From: an uncultured Bacteroidia bacterium
GTDB taxonomy: Bacteria > Bacteroidota > Bacteroidia > NS11-12g > UBA955
Assembly (NCBI GenBank): GCA_938086785.1
Contig: CALKCM010000014.1
Location: 2,467 to 66,466 of the forward strand
DNA: 64,000 bases
Direction of reading: 5' to 3'
Below the pieces are notes generated by a model, which saw only the letters and a program-made list of their open reading frames with translations, was not told the origin of the DNA and made no database searches. A program made the translations under genes and the position numbers. Positions 38,876 to 48,263 of this stretch are shown in pieces (the stretch's first letter is position 1; the number at the start of each line of letters is the position of its first letter).

Positions 38876-40387
38876 TTAGTCTACAATAACCTTCTTGGTT
38901 GCAGTTCCATTATCGAACTGAATGTTTAAGAAGTAAACACCCGCTGGAATATTTAATGGAATGCTTAAGAAGCTTTTAGACGTTGGAGTTCTCAATACCT
39001 CACGGCCATTAATATCTCTTAACACCACTTCTTGCATGGCATTCGTAGTATTCATATTTCTAACAGTAATGTTGTTAGAAGCAGGAACAGGATATACAGA
39101 AACGTCGTCAGATAAATCCAATGTTTTAAGACCTACACTAGCTGTTAAACCTAGACTTACCGCAATTCTTGGGGCAATGTATCCTTGCAATGTATCTATG
39201 TATGCTAAGGCTCTTGTTTTGCTCATGAATGGATTGCTTAAAGAACTGTTTCCGTTAATGGTAGTAATATCTTTTTGAGTGAAACGAGGACTAAACGTAA
39301 GTACCTGGCGGATGCGAACGCTATCCCACCATTCCCAAGGGCCACTTCCATTAGCAACTCCATCAATTGGGAACAAGCCTTCAAGACCGTCATTCAATTG
39401 ATTTGCTCGGAATGTATAGCGATCGTATACTTTTCCTTTATATGGAGCGTTATTTCCCAACGCATTTTCTTTTTCCATGATAGAATATCCACCACTTACT
39501 TCAACCACATTTAAGGGAGTTCCAGGTACTTTAACTACACCTGTCTTGTAAGGAGCAAACGGATCATAAATTCCATGAACACAAATTAATGGTATTTCAC
39601 CAGCATCCATCCATGAAGTATCTCCCATGGCTCCACCAATATTAAAGGCAACCTGAGAATTACTTGTATGGCTAGACCAGTTAGATCGCGCATAAGGAGT
39701 GCTAGGAACAATTGGTAAACCCATTCGATCTCCCCAAATGGTATCATTTACCATGATTTTGTTATTATCAAAATCAAAGAACTTATCAATTTTTATTTCA
39801 TCTTGATTGTCTAAAGATGCGTAAGCAGAAGTCAAATAACCTCCTGTTCCTTGACCGCCTACACAAATTTTAGTAGAGTCAATTTTCCACGTGTTTGAAC
39901 CAGCTGCATCTCTTTTGAAGTAACGTACAGCGGCGCTCAAATCTTGAACTCCTTTGTAGGCTGCATTAATAATAGAGCTTTTTCTACCAGTCTCCGTTGT
40001 TGCGCCAGGATTCCATCCCGTACGGTAAGAGATTGAAGCAACTACATACCCTTTTTGTGCAAAACGCATGCACATTTCCACAGTTGCACTATCATCTTTT
40101 CCACCAGTAGCCAGTTGGTTAATGTAGCGAGGAAGAAAACTTCCTGTGTGGCAATAAATGATTAAGGGTTTTGCTGCGTCTGTATTTTCGCTGCTCACAT
40201 ACATATCCATGTATAATGAATCTAGGGTAGGAACACCGGTTAAAACACTGTATCCATCAGCATAAAAAATGTTGTTTGTTCGTGAAACAGATGCTCTTGT
40301 ATGAACATCATTCACATACTTGGTGGTTTGCGAGAAACCTGCCGTGGCGGTAACCAATGCGGCGATAAGAAGTAACTTTTTCATCAT
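38876..40387 (-). CDS. Secreted alpha/beta-hydrolase-fold protein with T9SS type-A CTD
   Basis: LIIYCHTGSF, GYVVASISYR, GGQGTGG elbow, VHGIYD; VYPVP...GVYFL CTD. Confidence 0.85.
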   Translation of the reverse strand: MMKKLLLIAALVTATAGFSQTTKYVNDVHTRASVSRTNNIFYADGYSVLTGVPTLDSLYMDMYVSSENTDAAKPLIIYCHTGSFLPRYINQLATGGKDDSATVEMCMRFAQKGYVVASISYRTGWNPGATTETGRKSSIINAAYKGVQDLSAAVRYFKRDAAGSNTWKIDSTKICVGGQGTGGYLTSAYASLDNQDEIKIDKFFDFDNNKIMVNDTIWGDRMGLPIVPSTPYARSNWSSHTSNSQVAFNIGGAMGDTSWMDAGEIPLICVHGIYDPFAPYKTGVVKVPGTPLNVVEVSGGYSIMEKENALGNNAPYKGKVYDRYTFRANQLNDGLEGLFPIDGVANGSGPWEWWDSVRIRQVLTFSPRFTQKDITTINGNSSLSNPFMSKTRALAYIDTLQGYIAPRIAVSLGLTASVGLKTLDLSDDVSVYPVPASNNITVRNMNTTNAMQEVVLRDINGREVLRTPTSKSFLSIPLNIPAGVYFLNIQFDNGTATKKVIVD

Positions 40388-40456
40388 ATTTTTTTCTTTT
40401 ATTGATTTACGAATGTACGTGGTATTTGTCAAAAAACTGCAACTTTTGGCAATTCC

Positions 40457-43255
40457 TTACTTTGGTTCCCAGGTAAGGCTAATGTATGCCATCCTTCCAA
40501 TATATGGTCCACCATACACTTGGAAGAATTTTTGATTCATTAAATTGCTTGCTCCAATTTTAAGCGTGCTGTTCCATTTGCTTATTTCTTTCGATACTTG
40601 CGCATCAAGCATATGGTAGGTTGGTACCTGCCCAGTAAATTGCGGAGAGCCCTCAAAAAGAAAGCCTTTTACCCATTTCCAATTTACATTGAAACCCCAG
40701 TGCATAATCTTCATAGATCCCAATTCACTATTGATATTCGATCCGTTTAACCCAATATTAAACTTGTGCGCAGGGGTGTTAAAAGCTGGAATAAGTGGAT
40801 CAGAGCTTCCTGCTCTATTTAACTCGTTCCAGTTCCAATTCGTGCTGAACATATAATACTTCTTAAAGAAATAATTGATGCCAACGGAGGCTCCATAGGT
40901 ATATACTACGTCTTTAGAGTTGGTTGCAATCCGATACGCTTGAGCACTTTTTAGAAAATTAGTAGCGGAATCTATAGCTGCATCAACTACAATTTTGTAT
41001 CCGATAAAATCGACATAACGGCTAAAGTATGCTCCGGCATCCAAGGTTAATCTATTCTTAAACAAGACCCCTTTGTAACTCATTTCAATGGTTTTTACTT
41101 TTTCTGGCCGTATTGCAGCCACACTAGTATTTCCTAAGGTGTCTCTGTTTCGTGTATCTAAGTAATTAATGAAATCATTCACTTCATAGACATTATCCAC
41201 TCCGTTTAAATTTCCTAATAAAATAGCCCTACCCACATTGTAATAGAGGTATTGGTCTTGTAATGTAGGATTTCGCACTGCTGAGCTCATGCTCGCTCTC
41301 CAGGTATTGTTTTTTCTTTTGGCGTATACAAAAGAGGCGGCTGGACTAAATAGAAAACCAAAGTTCTGGTTCTTATCTACTCGTGCGGTTAAATCCACTT
41401 TAAGTTTTCGTTTCCAGAAACGTTTTTGCATTCCTCCGTATACACCTGCCTCCCAATTAGTGATGCGGGTTGATCCAGTATCTAAGAAGATGGTTCCTTT
41501 GGAATAGGGGGTGTAATATCTGCTACTAAAGCCTACTTTGTATACTGTTTTTGGGCGGATAATGTTCTGCTCTCCTGCCAAATGATACATGGCACTTTGA
41601 TCAAAGAAACGGCTTCCAGTGGCAACGCCATCTTGACTATAGCTATTTCTACTGGTTATATCATTTTTTAATGCCTCAAATTCGGGAGTACCTGGCTTAT
41701 ATCTCTGGTACATTGGATCCACTCTATTTAAGCCTTGATAATCCTTATTAGAGTTTGCGATGTCACGAGTTATGGCATGCCATGCCAATAAGCTATCTCT
41801 ATTGGCGGTGAGGGCTGCGGCTTGTTTGGTATACCAATCCTTGTCCGTTCGTGCGCTCGTAGTAGGATATCCCGGTAGCCTACGCACCTTTGAACTAAAG
41901 TTATTTTGCCAATAATTCCTGTAATCGGAGCCCCAAAAATCCTCTCTTTTAGCATGTTTTTGCATGAGAAAGGCTGTATACACCGCATCGTAGGTATTTC
42001 CGGCATCCTCGTTGGTGGCATAAAAGCGTAAAAATGATTTTTTACCTTTCAGTTCCAAGCGGTTTTGAAAAAACAAAATATTATTTAGGCTAAATCTATT
42101 TTCTCCTTGGTATACTGTATTTCCTGTACCAAAGTTAAACCCATACTCAAGGTCTAATTTGGGTGTAATTTTATAGGCCAAAACAGCTGAGGTTTTAAGG
42201 TTTCTTGTATTGTAATTAACCAGATCTTTTTCCCAGTACCCATCTCTGTAGTAAGCGCCCAAACCGGGTTGCGTGACTTTTGCATTGTTTGTTACTTGGT
42301 CGTTGCTTGCAGTTCCAAATACTTCATCGCCATACCGGTTTACTGCGTCATAACCACCGAGATTGTATTGATCGGCAACACTTTCTTGGGTTGGATCTGC
42401 ATTATTGGCTTCCCAGTCGTATGCACGCATGTAACTCAGGTTTAATTTAAAGGCAAAGACATCCTTCCCTTTTTTGTTTTTGTATGAATTGGCATAGCGC
42501 AACATGATTTGACCTAAAGAGCGTTCTCCCATTTTTATTTGTGCTGAAAAGCCTTTGTGTTTCCATGGGCTCTTGGTTAACATATTCACAACACCATTAA
42601 ATGCGTTCGGGCCATAATATGCGCTGCTGGCACCTACAATAATATCTGCAGTTTGAATATCGAGTTCGCTGGCTCCTAAAAAATTTCCAAGGGAAAAGTT
42701 TAGACCTGGAGACATATTATCAACCCCATCAATAAGCTGTAAGCTCCTTACAGGACTGGTACTGTTAAACCCGCGTGTATTAATGACCTTAAAACCCATG
42801 CTGGCAGAGGTCACATCCACCCCTCTTAGGTTACCCAAGCCTTCGTAAAAATCGCTGGATGCGGATTCTTTAATATCTCTAGCGGTCATGCGCTCCATCG
42901 TTACAGGGCTTTCTCGCAATTTTTCTTTTTGCCGATGATGCGTAATCACTACCGTTTTCATGGTTTCTTTGGTAGCATTTGACTTTATGAGCCATGGATT
43001 GCTTCCATCGTAAACCACTGTATCTTTAATAACAGCAGCTCCAGAAATTTCTACGAGATCTCCTTTGGAAAGGAGGTTTAAGGTGAAATCCCCTTTCGCA
43101 TTGGTAAGAGTGCTTTCGTCGGTTCGAATAACGAATAGCTGAACTGACCCTATTGGATTGTTGTTTTGTACATTTAAAAGGGTACCTCTCGTTTGCTGTG
43201 AGAAAAGCATATTTGAGAGGGTTGAGAATGATAATATGAGCAGTGTTCTAAGCAT
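40457..43255 (-). CDS. TonB-dependent receptor
   Basis: Plug INTRGFNSTSPVRSLQLIDG, GASSAYYGPNAFNGV; C-terminal KIGASNL...GRMAYISLTW. Confidence 0.93.
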   Translation of the reverse strand: MLRTLLILSFSTLSNMLFSQQTRGTLLNVQNNNPIGSVQLFVIRTDESTLTNAKGDFTLNLLSKGDLVEISGAAVIKDTVVYDGSNPWLIKSNATKETMKTVVITHHRQKEKLRESPVTMERMTARDIKESASSDFYEGLGNLRGVDVTSASMGFKVINTRGFNSTSPVRSLQLIDGVDNMSPGLNFSLGNFLGASELDIQTADIIVGASSAYYGPNAFNGVVNMLTKSPWKHKGFSAQIKMGERSLGQIMLRYANSYKNKKGKDVFAFKLNLSYMRAYDWEANNADPTQESVADQYNLGGYDAVNRYGDEVFGTASNDQVTNNAKVTQPGLGAYYRDGYWEKDLVNYNTRNLKTSAVLAYKITPKLDLEYGFNFGTGNTVYQGENRFSLNNILFFQNRLELKGKKSFLRFYATNEDAGNTYDAVYTAFLMQKHAKREDFWGSDYRNYWQNNFSSKVRRLPGYPTTSARTDKDWYTKQAAALTANRDSLLAWHAITRDIANSNKDYQGLNRVDPMYQRYKPGTPEFEALKNDITSRNSYSQDGVATGSRFFDQSAMYHLAGEQNIIRPKTVYKVGFSSRYYTPYSKGTIFLDTGSTRITNWEAGVYGGMQKRFWKRKLKVDLTARVDKNQNFGFLFSPAASFVYAKRKNNTWRASMSSAVRNPTLQDQYLYYNVGRAILLGNLNGVDNVYEVNDFINYLDTRNRDTLGNTSVAAIRPEKVKTIEMSYKGVLFKNRLTLDAGAYFSRYVDFIGYKIVVDAAIDSATNFLKSAQAYRIATNSKDVVYTYGASVGINYFFKKYYMFSTNWNWNELNRAGSSDPLIPAFNTPAHKFNIGLNGSNINSELGSMKIMHWGFNVNWKWVKGFLFEGSPQFTGQVPTYHMLDAQVSKEISKWNSTLKIGASNLMNQKFFQVYGGPYIGRMAYISLTWEPK

Positions 43256-43343
43256 AAAACAAGGGTGCAAGATAACGTAAGACCATACAAATCACAAAAC
43301 TAAGCTGCGTATTAAATGGCGTATGCGCAATTCTAATAAACAC

Positions 43344-43373
43344 AAAAGGCCATCTTCAATAGAAGGTGGCCTT
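43344..43373 (-). terminator. Terminator of sod
   Basis: aaaaggccatcttc-aata-gaaggtggcctt hairpin. Confidence 0.8.
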
Positions 43374-43393
43374 AATAATTTTAAATATAGTCT

Positions 43394-43993
43394 CTAAACT
43401 GCAGCAGCAAATAATTCGCTAACCTTGGTCCAATTAATTACATTCCAAAATGCAGAAACATAATCAGGGCGACGGTTTTGGTAGTTTAAATAGTAGGCAT
43501 GTTCCCAGACATCTAAGCCTAAAATTGGAGTTCCTTTGACATCCGCAACATCCATAAGTGGATTGTCTTGGTTTGGAGTGCTACATACAACGAGATTTCC
43601 GTCATGCACAACCAACCATGCCCAACCGCTTCCAAATCGGGTTCCGGCCGCTGCGGAAAATTGCGTTTTCAATTCCTCCATTGATCCAAAGGCGCTTGCA
43701 ATAGCCGCATTCAATTCTGGACTCATCGCTCCACCTTCGGGCGACATGACTTCCCAAAAAAGACTGTGGTTAAAATGACCGCCTCCATTATTTCTAACGG
43801 CTGCTCCGTGCTTGCCAGCATCGGCACATAATTCTTCGATGGATTTATTGGCTAAATTGGTTCCTTCAATGGCAGCATTTAATTTGCTTACATAGCCATT
43901 GTGGTGCTTCCCGTGGTGAATTTCCATGGTTTTTGCGTCGATGTGAGGCTCAAGAGCTGAGTGATCGTATGGTAAATTTGGTAATTTGAACAT
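43394..43993 (-). CDS. sodA: Fe/Mn superoxide dismutase
   Basis: [23 protein letters not shown] and DVWEHAYY motifs; GGG and NQD point to the Mn type. Confidence 0.93.
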   Translation of the reverse strand: MFKLPNLPYDHSALEPHIDAKTMEIHHGKHHNGYVSKLNAAIEGTNLANKSIEELCADAGKHGAAVRNNGGGHFNHSLFWEVMSPEGGAMSPELNAAIASAFGSMEELKTQFSAAAGTRFGSGWAWLVVHDGNLVVCSTPNQDNPLMDVADVKGTPILGLDVWEHAYYLNYQNRRPDYVSAFWNVINWTKVSELFAAAV

Positions 43994-44035
43994 AATTTTT
44001 TTCTATTTAGTACAACAAAACTAACTTGTTTAGGT

Positions 44036-44653
44036 TTGATTTGCCAAAAGATTGTGGAATTGCTTTTTAAGGTATTTACGGATTGGTTTGAATTAGCCGG
44101 ATCTCTATTTGGTGTTGCCTGTGTTTATATGGCGATGCGAAACCATATTATTAACTGGCCCTTGGCTATTATTTCGTCCTTATTTTACCTGGTTTTCTTT
44201 TGGAATGGACGTTTATTTAGCGATGCTGGTTTGCAATTGGTTTTTGTAGGTACTTCTCTATTTGGGTGGATCAATTGGCGCAAGATGGATTCAGGGCATG
44301 CAAGTGATCGGCGTATTTCGCGTTTAACCCATCAAGAAATCACGCAGGCGGCAGTCATTACTTTAATGGCTTGGCGTGCTTGGTATTGGCTATTGCCCAA
44401 GCTTATGCCTCACTCGGAGGCTTTGTTGTTGGATACCTTAACCACTTGTATTAGCATATCGGCTGTGATTCTTCAGGCTAGGCGAAAGCTCGATTGTTGG
44501 GTTTGGTGGTTTATCGCCAATAGTATTTTTGTGCCCTTGTACATCTCAAGAGGGTATCATGCCACTGCAGGACTGTATTCCATTCTTTGGATACTATCGA
44601 TCGTTGGCTTTATCGCTTGGCGTTCAGAAAGCAGAAATCAGGAGGCGGTATAA
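44036..44653 (+). CDS. pnuC: PnuC-family nicotinamide riboside/vitamin transporter
   Basis: NWPLAI, FSDAGLQ, GWINW, LDTLTT and ARRKLDCWVWW motifs; start uncertain. Confidence 0.85.
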   Translation: MICQKIVELLFKVFTDWFELAGSLFGVACVYMAMRNHIINWPLAIISSLFYLVFFWNGRLFSDAGLQLVFVGTSLFGWINWRKMDSGHASDRRISRLTHQEITQAAVITLMAWRAWYWLLPKLMPHSEALLLDTLTTCISISAVILQARRKLDCWVWWFIANSIFVPLYISRGYHATAGLYSILWILSIVGFIAWRSESRNQEAV

Positions 44654-45270
44654 AATTCAGCCTTTTCGGTAGTATGACTCCTAATCACTCCTGCACTCAT
44701 GAGTTTTACAATGGTGCGTGAGGCTCTGCGATAGGAGATGTTTAATTTTTTACTCACTTGCTTTAAGGTTACCCGTTCGGTGGTGTTTAGTAGGGCTAAA
44801 ATACCTTCTTCTACTTTGCCGTATTCTATTTTTATGGGCTTGGATGAGTTTTGCTGATGCATAAAATCAACCGTTGTTTTACTGGCAAGTAGGCATGCAT
44901 CATTTACCCGGACATATACCCACCATTTCTTATCAGAATCTTTGGAATAATAGGGTTTTTCATCGCCTCTTTCAATAATGCACTCGAGCACATATTTCCC
45001 TTCCACTACCCATTCCTTAATGCTAAAAAGGGGGGAGGGTTTGCAATAAAAATTGATGGCATGTTGCAGGACGTGTTTATCCTCCTCTGGACTTACTCCT
45101 GAGATGGTTCCATTGTCGCGAACCCCTACGAGCAATGTACCTCCTTTGGTGTTGGCAAAGCTTACAATGGACTTGGCAATTTTGGTGTAATTATTTACGG
45201 TTTGCTTAAAATCTAAAGACACATCCTCGCCCCTTTTAATAAGAGATGATATGTGTTTTGGAATGTGCAT
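44638..45270 (-). CDS. AlbA_2 (Schlafen-like) domain protein with C-terminal HTH
   Basis: GEDVSLDFKQ and IVSFANTKGGTLLVGVRDNG motifs. Confidence 0.88.
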   Translation of the reverse strand: MHIPKHISSLIKRGEDVSLDFKQTVNNYTKIAKSIVSFANTKGGTLLVGVRDNGTISGVSPEEDKHVLQHAINFYCKPSPLFSIKEWVVEGKYVLECIIERGDEKPYYSKDSDKKWWVYVRVNDACLLASKTTVDFMHQQNSSKPIKIEYGKVEEGILALLNTTERVTLKQVSKKLNISYRRASRTIVKLMSAGVIRSHTTEKAEFYTAS

Positions 45271-45271
45271 T

Positions 45272-46507
45272 TTAACGTTTTGGCTTGTAAGTAAGGCAAG
45301 CAATTTTTTCTGGATTAAATAAGCTGGCCGCATGGTTCATTAAGTCCTCGGCGGTAATTTTATTTATTTGGTCCATGGCTGCTTCAAATGATAGTGCTTT
45401 CCCTTTTCTGAGGATGGCTTTTCCTAAATGGAGCATTACATTACTATAACTCTCTTCAGCAATAACAGCTTGACCCATTAATTGGTTTTTTGCTTTACTT
45501 AATTGCAGTTTGCCTAGGGGTTTCGTTGCAAGTTTATGCAATTCTTGGCGAGTAATGGCTTCGCATCGTTTTAAGTTTTCCGAATCACAGCCGATGTATA
45601 TGGTAAACAATCCGCAATCCGTATACATTTGATAGCCACTTTCGGTATGATAGGCAAGGCCATGTTTTTCTCGGATGGCTAGATTTAATTTAGAATTCAT
45701 GGCCGGGCCACCTAAAATATTATTGAGTAAAAGGGTAATCCAGCGGTCCTTATCGGCATGACCCGGAGCAATGCAACCCAATACCATGTGCGCCTGGTGT
45801 ATAGACATTTCCTTAACCACTCTAGAAACAATGGGTTGGGGTGAAACATCTGCATTCGTATTTTGATGCGTTCCTGTTGATGCGGATATTTCAGAGGCGA
45901 GGCCTTGTGCTTTTTTAAGGCTAATATTGCCTACAATAGCCAATACAGAGTTATTTGTATGGTAAAATTTTTGATGAAAATTGCGCATTGATTCTTGTTC
46001 AATGGCAGAAACATCTGCTGGAGTTCCCAATATGTTATGGCCTAAGGAATGTTGCCCAAAAAATTGCTCTTGAAATTCATCCATGATGCTTTCTTCTGGG
46101 GAATCGAGATACATGTTAATTTCTTCGAGAATGACTTTCTTTTCTTTCTGTAATTCGGCTTTGGGGAAAGTAGAATGGAAAACAATGTCTGAAAGAAGGT
46201 CTAAGGCTCGGCTAAAAAATTTTTTATGCAATGAGGTGTAAATGGCTGTATAATCTCTGGTAGTATATGCATTTAGTTCGCCACCTACATTTTCTAGGTA
46301 GGAGATAATTTGCCAAGTTTTTCTGGTTTCGGTCCCTTTAAAAACCATATGCTCCAGTGCATGAGCCATCCCTTTGAAAGGCTCGTCGTTTCGGCTTCCT
46401 GCATTAATGATATAACCACAATGCACCAAGCGCGTGGCTTTTATTTGTTTGTGAACAAGAGTAATACCATTGGGTAAAACTACTTTTGTGTAGTCTGGAT
46501 CTTTCAA
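45272..46507 (-). CDS. M16 (pitrilysin) family peptidase
   Basis: GMAHALEHMVFKGT inverted HxxEH motif; GGELNAYT. Confidence 0.94.
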   Translation of the reverse strand: MKDPDYTKVVLPNGITLVHKQIKATRLVHCGYIINAGSRNDEPFKGMAHALEHMVFKGTETRKTWQIISYLENVGGELNAYTTRDYTAIYTSLHKKFFSRALDLLSDIVFHSTFPKAELQKEKKVILEEINMYLDSPEESIMDEFQEQFFGQHSLGHNILGTPADVSAIEQESMRNFHQKFYHTNNSVLAIVGNISLKKAQGLASEISASTGTHQNTNADVSPQPIVSRVVKEMSIHQAHMVLGCIAPGHADKDRWITLLLNNILGGPAMNSKLNLAIREKHGLAYHTESGYQMYTDCGLFTIYIGCDSENLKRCEAITRQELHKLATKPLGKLQLSKAKNQLMGQAVIAEESYSNVMLHLGKAILRKGKALSFEAAMDQINKITAEDLMNHAASLFNPEKIACLTYKPKR

Positions 46508-46687
46508 AAGGGTTGCAAAGGTAATTCTATTATTACAACTCTACTCTTATATTAGGAAGAGTATCAATTCATTGAGTATAGGAGTGTTTTTTGCGATCTG
46601 CCGCTCTGTTTATGAAGAAACTATGGTAAGCTAAATTATAGCTAGATATAGATAATTAAAATGCCTTAATTTTGCCGACGTACTAAA

Positions 46688-48202
46688 ATGAGTTTAGAAT
46701 TAAACGAACAGCAGGTGCTTAGACGCCAAAAATTAGATGAGCTACGCGAATTAGGAATTGATCCTTTTCCGCCTCATTTATTTGATGTGACCCATTACTC
46801 AAAGGATATAAAAGCAAACTTTGATTCAAAACCAGAGAATTATACGAAGGTTAAATTGGCTGGACGTATGATGACTCAGCGGGTGATGGGGAAAGCAGCT
46901 TTTGCTGTTTTACAAGATTCTCATGGTAAAATTCAAATTTATGTAAATAGAGATGAGGTTTGTCCTGGAGAGGATAAAACCATGTACAATAGAGTGTTTA
47001 AAAAACTCTTAGATATTGGAGATATTATTGGAGTTGAAGGTCATGTGTTTACTACCCAGACGGGAGAGATTAGTGTGCATGTAACGAAATTAACAGTTTT
47101 ATCAAAATGCATAAATCCGCTGCCTTTGCCTAAAGAAAAGGATGGTGTGGTATACGATGCGTTTACAGACCCTGAGGCACGAGCAAGAATGCGCTATGTG
47201 GATTTAGTGGTTAATCCAGAAAACAAGGAAACCTTTATTAAGCGAAGCCGAGTTATTCAAAGCTTGCGAAATACCTTTTTAGAGAAGGGGTATTTAGAAG
47301 TAGAAACGCCAATTTTACAGCCTGTACATGGTGGAGCTGCGGCGCGTCCATTTAAAACGCATCACAATGCATTGGATATGGAACTATATCTACGAATTGC
47401 CAATGAATTGTACCTCAAAAGATTAATTGTTGGTGGCTTTGATGGTGTTTTTGAGTTTGCTAAAAACTTTAGAAATGAGGGCATTGATCGAACGCACAAT
47501 CCAGAATTTACAGGTCTGGAGATATACGTAGCCTACACCGATTATAATTGGATGATGGATTTTACTGAGGAAATGCTTAGTAAATGCGCTATGGATGTGA
47601 CGGGAGGATACGATGTGAATGTGGGAGAGAATGCAATCAGTTTTAAAGCTCCTTTTGCGCGTATGACGATGGCCGAGGCGATTGAAAAACATAGCGGCAT
47701 TCAAATTGATGGAAAATCAGAAGAAGAGTTGGGTAGTTTAGCCAAAGAAAAAGGCTGTGAGATTACCAAAGAAATGGGTAAAGGAAAGATTATTGATGAG
47801 TTGTTTGGCACCTTTGCCGAAGAGCATATGATTCAACCCACCTTTATTACAGACTATCCTATAGAGATGAGTCCTTTAACCAAAAAGCATAGAGATAAAG
47901 AAGGATTGGTAGAGCGTTTTGAATTATTCGTCAATGGAAAAGAAATTGCAAATGCGTATACTGAGCTGAACGATCCCATAGAGCAGAAGGAACGTTTTGA
48001 GGACCAATTAAAACTTGCGGCGCGAGGGGATACGGAAGCCATGGCTATGGATCACGATTTTGTAAGATCTTTAGAGTTTGCTATGCCACCAACCAGTGGT
48101 TTGGGTTTAGGAATTGATCGATTTACCATGATGCTAACCAACCAAGCAAGTATTCAAGAGGTGTTGTTCTTTCCTCAAATGAGAAGAGAGAACTTTGAGT
48201 AA
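46688..48202 (+). CDS. lysS: Lysine--tRNA ligase
   Basis: YLRIANELYLKRL, FRNEGID.THNPEF and GLGIDR motifs. Confidence 0.98.
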   Translation: MSLELNEQQVLRRQKLDELRELGIDPFPPHLFDVTHYSKDIKANFDSKPENYTKVKLAGRMMTQRVMGKAAFAVLQDSHGKIQIYVNRDEVCPGEDKTMYNRVFKKLLDIGDIIGVEGHVFTTQTGEISVHVTKLTVLSKCINPLPLPKEKDGVVYDAFTDPEARARMRYVDLVVNPENKETFIKRSRVIQSLRNTFLEKGYLEVETPILQPVHGGAAARPFKTHHNALDMELYLRIANELYLKRLIVGGFDGVFEFAKNFRNEGIDRTHNPEFTGLEIYVAYTDYNWMMDFTEEMLSKCAMDVTGGYDVNVGENAISFKAPFARMTMAEAIEKHSGIQIDGKSEEELGSLAKEKGCEITKEMGKGKIIDELFGTFAEEHMIQPTFITDYPIEMSPLTKKHRDKEGLVERFELFVNGKEIANAYTELNDPIEQKERFEDQLKLAARGDTEAMAMDHDFVRSLEFAMPPTSGLGLGIDRFTMMLTNQASIQEVLFFPQMRRENFE

Positions 48203-48229
48203 TTAGAGATTATTGCCGTTAAGTGATAT

Positions 48230-48258
48230 AAAAAAAGGCCTTCAATTGAAGGCCTTTT
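48230..48258. terminator. Bidirectional terminator
   Basis: aaaaaaaggccttcaattgaaggcctttt perfect palindrome between convergent genes. Confidence 0.85.
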
Positions 48259-48263
48259 CTATG

